DNA of 64,000 nucleotides from Nostoc sp. DedSLP01 (GCA_034530875.2 JAVRCJ020000005.1:241903-305902); one strand, 5' to 3'. Positions 48,636 to 59,606 are shown, numbered from the stretch's first letter. The notes: generated by a model from the letters alone, not told the origin. Numbers and translations: made by a program.

Positions 48636-50330
48636 ATGGAAAATATGGAACAAGGTTATTCAGATAAGGCATACCGTTGGAATCGGGAAAAATACTCTAG
48701 CAGACGGCGTTTTGTGGACATTTGGTCTTTTGTTTTGACCTTATTGTTCAAACTTTGGCTATACAACAAATCTTGGAGTTATCCAGGTGGCGTAACTGAA
48801 GCCAAGCAAACTGCAAGACGCAAAGTCCAAGCGCTTTGGATTCGCAATACCCTACTGGACTTAGGCCCAACGTTCATCAAAGTTGGGCAATTGTTTTCTA
48901 CTCGTGCTGATATATTCCCTGTTGAATATGTAGATGAACTAGCAAAGTTACAAGATAAAGTACCAGCATTTAGCTACGAACAAGTAGAAGGAATTATCGA
49001 GCAGGAACTAGGCAAGAAAATTCCTGAATTATTCCATAATTTTGAACCGATTCCTTTAGCTGCTGCTAGCTTAGGGCAAGTACACAAAGCTGTCCTGCAT
49101 AGCAAAGAAGCAGTAGTAGTTAAAGTGCAACGTCCGGGATTAAAGAAGTTATTTGAAATAGATTTACAAATTTTGAAAGGAATTACCCGCTACTTTCAAA
49201 ATCATCCAAAATGGGGCAAAGGACGAGATTGGCTCGGTATTTATGAAGAATGTTGCCGCATTCTTTGGGAAGAAATTGATTATCTCAATGAAGGGCGTAA
49301 TGCTGATACTTTTCGCCGTAACTTCCGTGGCTACGATTGGGTAAAAGTCCCAAAAGTTTACTGGCGTTATACTACCTCCCGCGTACTGACATTGGAATAT
49401 GTCCCTGGAATTAAAATTAGTCAATACGAAGCTTTAGAAGCAGCAGGATTAGATCGAAAAACTATTGCTCGTCAAGGCGCTCAAGCCTATTTGCTACAGC
49501 TACTCAATAGTGGCTTTTTCCACGCCGACCCGCACCCAGGCAATATTGCCATCAGTCCCGATGGTGCTTTGATATTCTACGATTTTGGGATGATGGGGCA
49601 AATTAAGTCCAACATTCGTGAAGGATTGATGCAAACGCTGTTTGGCATTGCCCAAAAAGATGGCGATCGCGTAGTACAATCTCTCATCGATTTAGGTGCG
49701 ATCGCTCCAGTGGATGACATGGGGCCAGTACGGCGTTCCGTCCAGTACATGCTGGATCATTTCATGGATAAGCCCTTTGAAAATCAATCAGTGGCGGCAA
49801 TTAGCGACGATCTTTACGAAATAGCTTATAATCAACCATTTAGATTTCCAGCCACTTTCACTTTTGTGATGCGAGCCTTTTCCACTCTAGAAGGGGTAGG
49901 CAAAGGCTTAGATCCAGAGTTTAACTTTATGGAAGTTGCCAAACCCTATGCAATGCAGCTTATGACCGATATGAATGGTTCTGAGGGGAATAGCTTTCTT
50001 AACGAATTGAGTCGTCAAGCAGCTCAAGTTAGTAGTACTGCGTTGGGTTTACCACGTAGGTTAGAAGATACCCTAGAAAAGTTAGAACGGGGAGATATGC
50101 GCCTGCGCGTTCGGTCTATAGAAACCGAACGTTTACTAAGGCGGCAGAGTAATATTCAACTATCAATGAGCTATGCTCTGTTGATTAGTGGTTTCACGCT
50201 TTCGGCTACTATTTTAGTAGTTAATCATTATGTATGGTTGGCACTGCTGCCTGCTTTAATCGCAGCGGCAGTTTCAGTAATTCTAATCCGATTACTTTTA
50301 CGCCTCGACCGTTATGACCGTATGTATTAA
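48636..50330 (+). CDS. ABC1/AarF/UbiB atypical kinase
   Basis: LGPTFIKVGQ, AAASLGQVH, VKVQRP, FHADPHPGN and YDFGM motifs. Confidence 0.95.
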   Translation: MENMEQGYSDKAYRWNREKYSSRRRFVDIWSFVLTLLFKLWLYNKSWSYPGGVTEAKQTARRKVQALWIRNTLLDLGPTFIKVGQLFSTRADIFPVEYVDELAKLQDKVPAFSYEQVEGIIEQELGKKIPELFHNFEPIPLAAASLGQVHKAVLHSKEAVVVKVQRPGLKKLFEIDLQILKGITRYFQNHPKWGKGRDWLGIYEECCRILWEEIDYLNEGRNADTFRRNFRGYDWVKVPKVYWRYTTSRVLTLEYVPGIKISQYEALEAAGLDRKTIARQGAQAYLLQLLNSGFFHADPHPGNIAISPDGALIFYDFGMMGQIKSNIREGLMQTLFGIAQKDGDRVVQSLIDLGAIAPVDDMGPVRRSVQYMLDHFMDKPFENQSVAAISDDLYEIAYNQPFRFPATFTFVMRAFSTLEGVGKGLDPEFNFMEVAKPYAMQLMTDMNGSEGNSFLNELSRQAAQVSSTALGLPRRLEDTLEKLERGDMRLRVRSIETERLLRRQSNIQLSMSYALLISGFTLSATILVVNHYVWLALLPALIAAAVSVILIRLLLRLDRYDRMY

Positions 50331-50345
50331 TTGTTGAAAAAATTT

Positions 50346-51083
50346 ATGAAAATTAATTTCACGGGTCTTAGCGATCCGGGACTTATTCGTTCTAATAATC
50401 AGGATGCTTATTATATCGACCCACAAGGACGATTTTTTATTGTTGCTGATGGTATGGGTGGTCATGCGGGAGGAGAAGAAGCAAGCCGCATTGCCACAAG
50501 TGAAATTCAGGCGTATTTAGTGGCTAATTGGGAATCGCCTCGATCTGCTCAAGAATTACTAGAACAAGCTTTGTGGGATGCCAATCAAGCAATTTTGCAG
50601 GATCAGCAAAATCATCCCCAACGTGCCGATATGGGTACAACAGTTGTAGCGGTAATTTTTCGCTCTCCAGAACCGCCTTGGTGCGCTCATGTTGGCGATT
50701 CCCGGCTGTATCGCTTGCGAGAATCACAATTAGAACAAATAACCGAAGACCACACTTGGGTAGCACGAGCAATCAAAATCGGTGACATCACCGCAGATGA
50801 AGCGCGGTTACATCCTTTTCGTCACGTATTATCGCGCTGTTTGGGGCGTGAAGACCTGCATCAGATTGACGTGCAACCATTGGATGTGAAAACTGGCGAT
50901 CGCTTGTTGTTATGTAGTGATGGTCTCACAGAAGAACTTGTCGAGCAAAAGATTGCTAGCTGCCTCCAAAGTACTCCTTGGCTAGATAAAGCCGCCATCT
51001 CTCTAGTTGAGGCTGCTAAGGAGGAAGGAGGGCACGATAACATTACTGTTGTCATCGTCTCACTCGAAGAAAATAATTCCTAA
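50346..51083 (+). CDS. PP2C-type Ser/Thr phosphatase
   Basis: RSNNQD, VADGMGGH, MGTT, HVGDSR, LCSDGL and GHDNIT motifs. Confidence 0.95.
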   Translation: MKINFTGLSDPGLIRSNNQDAYYIDPQGRFFIVADGMGGHAGGEEASRIATSEIQAYLVANWESPRSAQELLEQALWDANQAILQDQQNHPQRADMGTTVVAVIFRSPEPPWCAHVGDSRLYRLRESQLEQITEDHTWVARAIKIGDITADEARLHPFRHVLSRCLGREDLHQIDVQPLDVKTGDRLLLCSDGLTEELVEQKIASCLQSTPWLDKAAISLVEAAKEEGGHDNITVVIVSLEENNS

Positions 51084-51247
51084 TCATCGCCTATTGGACA
51101 TCGCGCATTAAGCATTAATTCTTGGTAACTCTCTAATGACTGATGACCAATGACCAATGACTAATGACTAATGACCAATCCGGTAAATATACCCATCAAT
51201 TTGTTCAGGCTGAGCATTTTTCCTTTTGACAATTTGATACTAATATT

Positions 51248-51279
51248 TTTAGCCTCCTAAGGTCACTTTGGAGGCTAAA
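51248..51279. terminator. Hairpin, probable terminator after the PP2C gene
   Basis: TTTAGCCTCC-n12-GGAGGCTAAA. Confidence 0.55.
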
Positions 51280-51766
51280 TTTCCATAAATTGGTAAATTG
51301 ACTTCTTGCACGTAATGAGGTAAAGCGACTATAATTCACGCTTATCACCATTTATTCTCATACCTCCTTCAACTCCCCGGCTTGGAAAGCTATCTCCACA
51401 TAGGGGAAGGAATTATCTTAGTTTTTCTTAACCAGGGAAACTATAGAACATTAGGCATTACACCTAATTTTTTCCAAGCATCAAGGGGTAAGGAGAGTAG
51501 ATATACCCATTTAAGACAAAATAGCGTCTATTTTCTGGAATATGACTCGATCGACTTGAGTGGTATATCAGTGGGATTAGGTGCAAGATATCAAATCGCA
51601 AAAATTCCACACTTAGGATGTGGGCAATCTGTCAAACACTTGTTATCTTTCTTAATACGGAGGAACAAATGCTGGACAGATAGAAGTCCAAATACTATTG
51701 CATTTGGACTTCTGTGAGAGATATCACCTTATTTAACCTTTACGCTTTGTTTTCTCGGAGTTAATT

Positions 51767-51964
51767 ATGAATCAACCAATGAAACTATCCTTAGAACAGC
51801 AATTCAGCATCTGCTCCTTTGCAACTCAAGTACAGCACATGAGTCACGAACAAGCCAAAGACTTTTTAGTGAAGCTGTACGAGCAAATGGTAGTGCGCGA
51901 GGCAACTTATCAAGAGCTTCTGAAGCATCAGTGGGGCTTAGATTCGGGTTCCACTATGGCATAG
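51767..51964 (+). CDS. nblA: Phycobilisome degradation protein NblA
   Basis: MNQPMKLSLEQQFSI.SF..QV..MSHEQAKDFLVKLYEQM...YQELLKHQWG, with a GGAG RBS. Confidence 0.95.
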   Translation: MNQPMKLSLEQQFSICSFATQVQHMSHEQAKDFLVKLYEQMVVREATYQELLKHQWGLDSGSTMA

Positions 51965-52446
51965 AATCTTCTGATGTCGCAGTGGGCGACCTCCTTCTCT
52001 TGCTTGGTTCCAACGGAGGAAAAGAGCTGGGGATGTCGGGGCGTCAACTCCGATAAACAACTCAACAAAACCCACTCTGGGGAAAAAATTTTTAACTCAC
52101 AAAATTAATCAAGAATAACTAAGGTTCTCAACTAGGTATTTGTCGATCTACAGATTTAACTTGGGATTCAAGCCCAAACATACTGCCTACTTTAGCCAAA
52201 CTTCCTCTTGTTTAGTTTAGTGCGAGAATCACACCTGCGTAAATTTATACTAATTTATCCTATGTACACAGGAATACCACTAGATGTTTGAGAAAGCCTA
52301 ACTTTTGCAGCCAGTACTTTCACTATTTATACATATAACTAGAAGTTAGATCCAAATATATAATTTGTTTATAAAAATTTACAATTTTTGAATTCATGCT
52401 CTTTTGTTACAAAACAAAGATGTAACATTAACATGAAAAAATCTTC

Positions 52447-54003
52447 TTAACTCGAAAGATCGTATGGAGAATCAGTATCAATACTTTCGAGTTTAACTAG
52501 GATTTGAGGTTTAATCTTTTCGTATTCGTTTTTGAGTAAGTTTTTACTAATCTGCGGGTCAGCAGAGGATATAAAGGTATTGCTGATTTTGACCCACTCT
52601 TGCAGGCGTTGACGTTGGGCAGGAGCGATGCTGGAAAGTAGGATATGACTACAGCGACTTGGTGCTTCTCGTGCAAAAAATAACAGACGGTAGTAGCCTG
52701 TTTGCTGGAGCAGGCGAGAAATTTCTTGTCCAAGACTGGTTTTGAGGTCGAGATAGTAATGTAGCCATTTAGGGCCGTACTTGCGGTTGTAAATGACAGT
52801 AATCCACAACAGCATCGGATGGGGGACAGAGATAAACAGAAATTGATTGTAGCGGGTACAAACCAAGCGCTTTTGAATTTCCTGTTGGGGTAGCATTACC
52901 CACAAAGCTGGTAAAGTCTCGCCATTTGTATGTACGGGTTGAGGAAAGACAATATCAGCAATTGGTTTATTTTTCGGCCAGGAAATGCTGTTGGTAATTT
53001 CCTGGTTCGAGGAGGCGATTTGCAAATCAGTTTTCGTTTTTTGCTCAACCTCAGCGCTGACAGCCAATGTCGCAGGAACTAGTGCATAGTTGTTTTGTTT
53101 AATTTTACGCGTGCGATCGGATTGCTCTAGAGATGTTAAAGTCTTCAGAATTTCACTAATGCTTTGCGGGCGATCGCGTGGTACTTTGGCTAGACAACTC
53201 ATCACCAAATCTTCTATTTCTTGTGGTAGTTCTAAAGCAGGCGAAACCTCACTAAAAGAACGTGGCTTTTGATAGTGATGAGTTTTATACCATGCTCCAA
53301 AAGAATGAGTAGGTGCTACCAGTGGCATTTTGCCTGTGAGCATCTCAAACATCATTACGCCCAAACTATAAATATCAGAACGGTTGTCTAATTCTTTACC
53401 CTCCATCTGTTCGGGAGAAGAATAAGCCAGCGTTCCCAAATAAAATTTTGTATGGTCGCCATCTGAGAGTAATAACTTAGCAATCCCAAAGTCGAGAACC
53501 TTGACTAGTTCCCCAAAACTCGGGTCTTGAATTACCAGCATATTGCTGGGCTTGACATCGCGATGGATAATCGGGCAAATTGTCCCCTCAACTGGAATCC
53601 CATCATGAGCGCACTGTAAACCCAGGCTCAGTTGACGCGCCATACTGAGAAATCTTGGTAAAGGCAATGGTTGCTTGCGAATAATATTGTTTAAGCTTTG
53701 TCCTTGTAAATATTCCATGACGTAGAACGGAGTATCATTGTCATCTACGCCATAGTCCATTACTCGGACTATATGAATACTTTTTTGCCCTAGCAAAGCA
53801 CAAGTTTTAGCTTCTCGCTCAAAGCGGTCTTGCAGTCGCATCTTTTCATTTTGGATTGATAGGGCGAGGAACTTGACAGCAACAGGTACACCACCCAACA
53901 AAATATCTTTAGCACGATAAACTCGACCCATTGCTCCGGTACCGATTAATTCCTGGAGTTGGTAGCGTTTGCTCAGTAACCGACCAATGTTGGGGTCTGA
54001 CAT
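52447..54003 (-). CDS. Hanks-type Ser/Thr protein kinase (SpkA-like)
   Basis: IGTGAMGRVY, VAVK, HRDVKPSN, DFG, GTLAYSSPEQ and DIYSLG motifs. Confidence 0.95.
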   Translation of the reverse strand: MSDPNIGRLLSKRYQLQELIGTGAMGRVYRAKDILLGGVPVAVKFLALSIQNEKMRLQDRFEREAKTCALLGQKSIHIVRVMDYGVDDNDTPFYVMEYLQGQSLNNIIRKQPLPLPRFLSMARQLSLGLQCAHDGIPVEGTICPIIHRDVKPSNMLVIQDPSFGELVKVLDFGIAKLLLSDGDHTKFYLGTLAYSSPEQMEGKELDNRSDIYSLGVMMFEMLTGKMPLVAPTHSFGAWYKTHHYQKPRSFSEVSPALELPQEIEDLVMSCLAKVPRDRPQSISEILKTLTSLEQSDRTRKIKQNNYALVPATLAVSAEVEQKTKTDLQIASSNQEITNSISWPKNKPIADIVFPQPVHTNGETLPALWVMLPQQEIQKRLVCTRYNQFLFISVPHPMLLWITVIYNRKYGPKWLHYYLDLKTSLGQEISRLLQQTGYYRLLFFAREAPSRCSHILLSSIAPAQRQRLQEWVKISNTFISSADPQISKNLLKNEYEKIKPQILVKLESIDTDSPYDLSS

Positions 54004-54661
54004 AGAAAAGACTCTAAAAACAGATTGTAAGTGTTTATAAGTAAAAATACGTTCTAATTCATACAGCAGAATTGTTGAATTCAGAATACAGAATTCAACT
54101 TTGAGTCCTTACAAAGAGAACTCAAACTATAACAAACCCATTTTGCGACCAAGACGGCTCTTACAACTGGTGCAACATCTTAGTCAAACAGGTAAAAAAG
54201 GTAAATGTATACTGAACTTTTTTGTACTATTCCGAACTTTAATTATGATGTAGTTTTAGTTTGCCCAGTTTTGACTAAATAAATAACTCTCAGATCTGCC
54301 AAAACCCCACTTGCACAACTAGAAGCTTTTAGCTGTTTAGCAGTAGAACCACAGTGGCGTACTATCTGCTACCAATGAAAGAAATACTTTCTTTCCCTAT
54401 CCCCATACTTCTATGTTTCTTAACAGTCATACCAATTTGTAAAAAATGTGATAAATACAGTGGATAGGGACGCATAGCTGTGGTAACTTACAAACTATTT
54501 ATGTCTGGCAACAATTGTGGTAATTGTTATCAGATAATATTTCTCGTTATCGTGAGTTATAAGATAGGGCGCACACATAAGTATACGCCCCAGATAAATT
54601 GCTATACCTTAGGGTATTGAGAAGTGCTATATATGACAACCCTATTAAAAAACTGATATTA

Positions 54662-55675
54662 CTAATTAGTTGTTTTTCTTTTTTTCTCTAAGTTATAAGA
54701 AATATGAAAAACTGATTTATCGCCTGTCATATAGTATTGAATTCGACGTTTAATTATATTGCTGATTCGGAAAGTAAAATAATAAAAAAAGTCGGGATTT
54801 TTCACCATTTCTTGAAATGCTGTTAACCATTTTCCTTCTTTTAAAGGCTCTATAACTTGAAAGTAAGCAAGATTTTTTTTATAAACTTTAAGATTATGAG
54901 ATAAAGCACGCATTAAAGCTGGATTTTTTTGCACAGCTTCTTTTTGCATGAAAGAATTGGTAGCTTTGCAGCTTTGATTCAGACGTGGCAATCGGCTTTG
55001 ATGTACGAGGGAGCCAGGGCGCGAGAGATAGAAGTAATAGGGTTTTGGCACAAGAAAAAAGCGAGCTCCTTCGATTAAGCATTTCATATCAAGCCAAAAA
55101 TCTTGACCCATTCTGATGGCTTCATCATATTCAATGCCATGCTGAACCAAAAATTCTCGTTTGAATAGTGGCTTACTTAAACCAAGATGCAAGCCTGGTT
55201 GTCCATAAATATCAGTTTCTACAAAATAAACGATATCAATTTGGGTAATTTTATCTATATTTTCTCCGCTTTCTTGAATCAATGTACTCCAAGGAGACGT
55301 TTCGCCATCGTTGATTAAATAAAGGTCGTCAGCAATCATGTCTGCATTTTTTTCGTATGCTAGCGACACAAGCTTTTCTAATCTTTCAGGAGCGTACCAA
55401 TCATCTGAATCAAGGACAGCAATCCATTCGCCTTGGGCTGCTTTGAGGGCGCGATTACGCGCACCAGCAGCCCCAAGGTTTTTTTCATTCACTATCACTT
55501 TGAGACGTGGATCGGTAATACTTTTAGCAACTTCTACAGTTCGATCGCTGGAAGCATCATCAACAACGATTACTTGAATATCAGTAAGTGTTTGGTTTAA
55601 AGCAGACTCGATCGCTTTCTCAATATAAGCCTCAGTATTATAAGCAGGAATAATTATAGATACTTTAGGATTCAC
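54662..55675 (-). CDS. GT2 glycosyltransferase (ExoO/ExoU-like)
   Basis: SIIIPAYN, VVDDASSD, ARNRAL, LDSDDW and GQDF motifs; GTG start with a GGAG RBS. Confidence 0.85.
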   Translation of the reverse strand: MNPKVSIIIPAYNTEAYIEKAIESALNQTLTDIQVIVVDDASSDRTVEVAKSITDPRLKVIVNEKNLGAAGARNRALKAAQGEWIAVLDSDDWYAPERLEKLVSLAYEKNADMIADDLYLINDGETSPWSTLIQESGENIDKITQIDIVYFVETDIYGQPGLHLGLSKPLFKREFLVQHGIEYDEAIRMGQDFWLDMKCLIEGARFFLVPKPYYFYLSRPGSLVHQSRLPRLNQSCKATNSFMQKEAVQKNPALMRALSHNLKVYKKNLAYFQVIEPLKEGKWLTAFQEMVKNPDFFYYFTFRISNIIKRRIQYYMTGDKSVFHISYNLEKKRKTTN

Positions 55676-55799
55676 GAATATTAATCTCCTGACGACATTG
55701 TTACGTAAAAATACTAAAGCTTTAACATAACTGAATTATTCTTTTTTTTACTATATACCTAAGTAAGTTAATGAAAACTAAACACGAATTTTTAATATC

Positions 55800-55942
55800 G
55801 AGTCTGGAATTTTCGACATTTGTAGCCCTCAAGTGTTACGAGTCCGTCACTGCAAGCCATGTTTGCAACTTAAAGAAATGGTGAAGCAGCCGATTTTATC
55901 CGGTGTTTCTACGCCACTTCCTCCTGTAAATTCCAGAAGCTC
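55800..55942 (+). ncRNA. Candidate structured ncRNA (closing stem plus three hairpins)
   Basis: A 10-bp perfect closing stem encloses three internal hairpins whose non-Watson-Crick pairs are G-U on the plus strand (see findings). Confidence 0.45.
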
Positions 55943-56075
55943 TAACTCGGATGCAAGTTCCCTGGCTAATAACAGGTAGTGTCTGGTTAAAATATTTTTA
56001 CTAATCAATGTAGAAAATAAATAATTTACATTATTTAATATAATTTGTTTTGTTTGTAATTAGTTACCTAATAGC

Positions 56076-56522
56076 TCAGATTGGCTGACGTTCGAGGCTA
56101 GCTTCCATTGTGTTAGTTAAAAAATGACCGCCCATGATTCCACTACTGAGGTAGTATGTATCTTCTGAAAGTCGGTGCAGGGTTTCAAAGCCACTACGAC
56201 GCTGACGATCGCCTAGTACCCAGTAACGTTGCACAATGGTGTCTAAACCAATCCAGCCCTCGCCTTCAACCTGTCCCCAAATATTATGTTGTAGTAAAAA
56301 AGTATACTGACGTTCTCCATCGTGCAGGCGTCCCTTGTATACTAAGGAAATTTCCGAGCGATCGCTACCTGGAAAGATCAGCTTTGTGGCCATAGTAAAC
56401 CAGTTATCTCGATTCCAAGCGACTAAGGTCATACCCTTGACACTGATTGGCATACCATTACGTTCCAACCAATTTCCTTGTATTTTCCAGCGTCCTGATT
56501 CTAATAAAAAAGTATGAGCCAC
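56076..56522 (-). CDS. Conserved hypothetical protein (beta-rich)
   Basis: 148-aa ORF with a GTG start and natural composition (HTFLLE.G.W...G.W). Confidence 0.75.
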   Translation of the reverse strand: MAHTFLLESGRWKIQGNWLERNGMPISVKGMTLVAWNRDNWFTMATKLIFPGSDRSEISLVYKGRLHDGERQYTFLLQHNIWGQVEGEGWIGLDTIVQRYWVLGDRQRRSGFETLHRLSEDTYYLSSGIMGGHFLTNTMEASLERQPI

Positions 56523-56686
56523 CTTCTATATTTCCTGTCTGCGCTCGAGTACCGCCAAGACTACAGTTATAGCAGTGCTGAATGGGGCATTGGGCATTGG
56601 GTATTGAGCATGGGCAAAGGGAAAGGGGAAAGGTTAAATTTATCCCTTTTCCCTTTTCCCTTTAACCTTTTCCCTCATCTCCCCAT

Positions 56687-57922
56687 TTAGCACTGGTAAA
56701 TTTCTCCTAAAAGAACTTCACCAGGTGCTCCGGTGGCAGTTGGTAGGTTGCCAGGAATGCCCAAATGTCGCCAGTAGGCTAAAACTGCAAAGGCGATCGC
56801 TTCTTTAAAATCTGCACTCAAGCCGACTTCATCTGTAGTCAAAACTGGTATTGATGATAATAATAACTGTAATCTTTGTTTCAAAAAAAGATTGCGACTA
56901 CCGCCACCGCATAACAACACCCGTTGGGGCATTTCTGGCAGAAAAGTTTGATAACTATGAGCAATTGAAGCAGCTGTTAGTTCTGTGAGAGTTGCCAATA
57001 TGTCAGCAGCATTGAGTTCGTATGCTTGGGCATCTTTTAAACACTGCTCCAGATATGCCACACCGAATAACTCTCGACCAGTGGATTTGGGCGGTGGCAG
57101 ATGAAAGTAGTCTTGTTTGAGCCATTGTTCTACCAATGGATAGCAAGGAGTACCACTCGCTGCCCAGTTACCATCTTCATCGTAAGTTTTAGCACCAGCG
57201 CTCAAATGCTGCACTGCCAGATCTAACAGACTATTTCCGGGGCCAGTATCCCAACCGCGAATTTTTGACAGCCAGTCGCCATACCGGGGTGGAATATAAG
57301 CGACATTACCAATACCCCCAATGTTTTGGACGCAACGCCCCTCCTGGGGATGGCTGAGTAAATAGGCATCCACTCTCGGAACCAGAGGCGCACCATGTCC
57401 GCCAATTGCGATATCAGCAGCACGGAAATTGCTCACAGTTGTAATACCCGTCAAATGAGCAATTAAGGCACCGCGTCCTAGTTGGAGGCTATAGCCTAGT
57501 AGGGAGTGGGGAGTAGGGAGTGGGGAGTAGGGAATATTTTTGTTTCCCATTCCCCATTCTCCATTCTCTATTCCCCATTTTCCAACAGGCCGATGATAAA
57601 CCGTCTGACCGTGGGAGCCAATTAAATTAGCTCCTTGGTGACCGTGTTGAATATTTTGGGCAGCTTGGGCAAAACTAAAGGCGATCGCATCATCTATTAG
57701 AGCCAATTCTGCCATCGATATGGCATCACCCGCACAAAGTGCCAATATTTTTTCTCTGAGTTCAGCTGGATAAGGATATGTTTGCCCAGCTACCAACTCA
57801 ATTTTCAGATCCAATTCTTGACCGGAAATCTCTACCAAGGCAGCGTCTATACCATCTACAGATGTGCCACTAATTAAACCGATAACACGAGTAGGGATAG
57901 CAGCTTTTTCGCTCGGATGCAT
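56687..57922 (-). CDS. anmK: Anhydro-N-acetylmuramic acid kinase
   Basis: [46 protein letters not shown] and KEAIAFA motifs. Confidence 0.95.
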   Translation of the reverse strand: MHPSEKAAIPTRVIGLISGTSVDGIDAALVEISGQELDLKIELVAGQTYPYPAELREKILALCAGDAISMAELALIDDAIAFSFAQAAQNIQHGHQGANLIGSHGQTVYHRPVGKWGIENGEWGMGNKNIPYSPLPTPHSLLGYSLQLGRGALIAHLTGITTVSNFRAADIAIGGHGAPLVPRVDAYLLSHPQEGRCVQNIGGIGNVAYIPPRYGDWLSKIRGWDTGPGNSLLDLAVQHLSAGAKTYDEDGNWAASGTPCYPLVEQWLKQDYFHLPPPKSTGRELFGVAYLEQCLKDAQAYELNAADILATLTELTAASIAHSYQTFLPEMPQRVLLCGGGSRNLFLKQRLQLLLSSIPVLTTDEVGLSADFKEAIAFAVLAYWRHLGIPGNLPTATGAPGEVLLGEIYQC

Positions 57923-58190
57923 TGACAAATATTCTATTTTGGATTAACAACGGTAGTTTAACAGCTAACAGTCAAAACTTACCAGTATTTGCGCCAGCGA
58001 TCGCATCTTTAGGACAGAGTAGAAAGCTGAGAATGTTCTTTATATTCACATATAATCCGTCTTTGGCGCTAAAATCAGCATTTTATTTGCTAGTTATCTG
58101 CTGGTTAATATTTATGCATAAAACGGCCGGCTTCGTGAGAAGAAGTGTATATGATAGAAAAGTAGATAAAACTTAAAAAATATTTATCGA

Positions 58191-59606
58191 ATGCTGATTC
58201 AATCATCTGGCTTATCCAAGGTAAAAGATTCAGTAACAGAAAAAATCTTTTTGGGCAATGAACCAAATGCCGAGTTAATTGCAATTCTCGCAGTTTACTT
58301 TGTGCAAGGAATTTTAGGCTTATCGCGTCTAGCTGTAAGCTTTTTCCTCAAAGATGAACTGTTATTAAGTCCAGTCCAAGTGTCGGCCTTGTTGGGGGCT
58401 GCCTTCCTACCTTGGATGATTAAGCCAGTGTTTGGTTTTATCTCTGATGGCTTGCCGATATTTGGTTATCGCAGGCGTCCTTATTTGATTTTATCGGGGA
58501 TACTCGGAACTATTGCTTGGGTGAGTTTAGCAACAATAGTTCATACTCCTTGGGCAGCGACGATAGCCATCACCCTTAGTTCTTTTTCGGTTGCCATGAG
58601 TGATGTCATCGTTGACTCACTGGTTGTAGAACGAGCTAGAGGCGAATCACAAGCAAAAGCCGGTTCATTACAATCTCTATGTTGGGGTAGTTCTGCGATC
58701 GGAGGTTTGATAACAGCATACTTTAGCGGGCTGTTGTTGGAATACTTTACTGCTTCAACTGTCTTTTGGATTACCGCCTCATTTCCTCTAATTGTCTCGG
58801 CGGCGGCTTGGTTGATTGCTGAATCCCCCATCACCAAAGATACTAAAGATGCTAATCAAACAAACGCCTTAACAATCAAACATCAACTGAGCCAGTTACG
58901 CCAAGCCATCACCCAAAAAACAATTTGGCTACCAACGGCATTTATATTCATTTGGCAAGCGACTCCCAATGCTGACTCAGCCTTTTTCTACTTCACTACC
59001 AATGAATTACACTTTGAACCGGAATTCTTGGGACGAGTGCATTTAGTAACAAGTTTCGCTTCTTTAGCAGGTGTTTGGATTTTTCAACGTTTCCTCAAAA
59101 GCATTCCTTTTCGTGTGATTTTTGTTTGGAGTACCCTGCTTTCCTCAATTTTGGGGATGACAATGCTGTTATTAGTGACTCACACGAATCGGCTGTTGGG
59201 TATAGATGACCGTTGGTTTAGTTTGGGCGATAGTCTTGTTCTCTCTGTGATGGGGAAAATTGCCTTTATGCAAGTGATGGTTCTAGCAGCAAGGCTTTGT
59301 CCTTCTGGAGTAGAAGCAACATTATTTGCCTTGTTAATGTCGGTGTTCAATTTAGGAGGAAGTATTTCCCAGGCATTTGGGGCATTAATTACACATTGGT
59401 TGGGAATCACAGCAACAAATTTTGATTTGCTTTGGCTGTTGGTGCTAATTACTAACCTCAGTACGCTCTTACCTTTACCGTTTGTCAATTGGCTACCCGC
59501 TGCTGAAGAGGAAATTCAGATATCAAAAGATGAGCAACAAGGATTTTTGCCTGATTTAATGTCTGGGTTAGTACTCAGAGAATCAGAGTCGGAAGTAGTT
59601 GAGTAA
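58191..59606 (+). CDS. Folate/biopterin (BT1) MFS transporter
   Basis: VYFVQG, LPWMIKP.FG..SD..PIFGYRRRPY, DVIVDSLVVE and CPSGVEATLFA motifs. Confidence 0.9.
   Translation: MLIQSSGLSKVKDSVTEKIFLGNEPNAELIAILAVYFVQGILGLSRLAVSFFLKDELLLSPVQVSALLGAAFLPWMIKPVFGFISDGLPIFGYRRRPYLILSGILGTIAWVSLATIVHTPWAATIAITLSSFSVAMSDVIVDSLVVERARGESQAKAGSLQSLCWGSSAIGGLITAYFSGLLLEYFTASTVFWITASFPLIVSAAAWLIAESPITKDTKDANQTNALTIKHQLSQLRQAITQKTIWLPTAFIFIWQATPNADSAFFYFTTNELHFEPEFLGRVHLVTSFASLAGVWIFQRFLKSIPFRVIFVWSTLLSSILGMTMLLLVTHTNRLLGIDDRWFSLGDSLVLSVMGKIAFMQVMVLAARLCPSGVEATLFALLMSVFNLGGSISQAFGALITHWLGITATNFDLLWLLVLITNLSTLLPLPFVNWLPAAEEEIQISKDEQQGFLPDLMSGLVLRESESEVVE

Noticed and set aside
51382..51717. 111-aa ORF upstream of nblA
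   Set aside because: TTG start and no recognisable motifs; it overlaps the expected nblA promoter/leader region.
55878..55979. 33-aa plus-strand ORF MVKQPILSGVSTPLPPVNSRSSNSDASSLANNR
   Set aside because: No clear RBS, and the start codon is buried in a predicted stem; an RNA-structure explanation fits better, though a peptide is not excluded.
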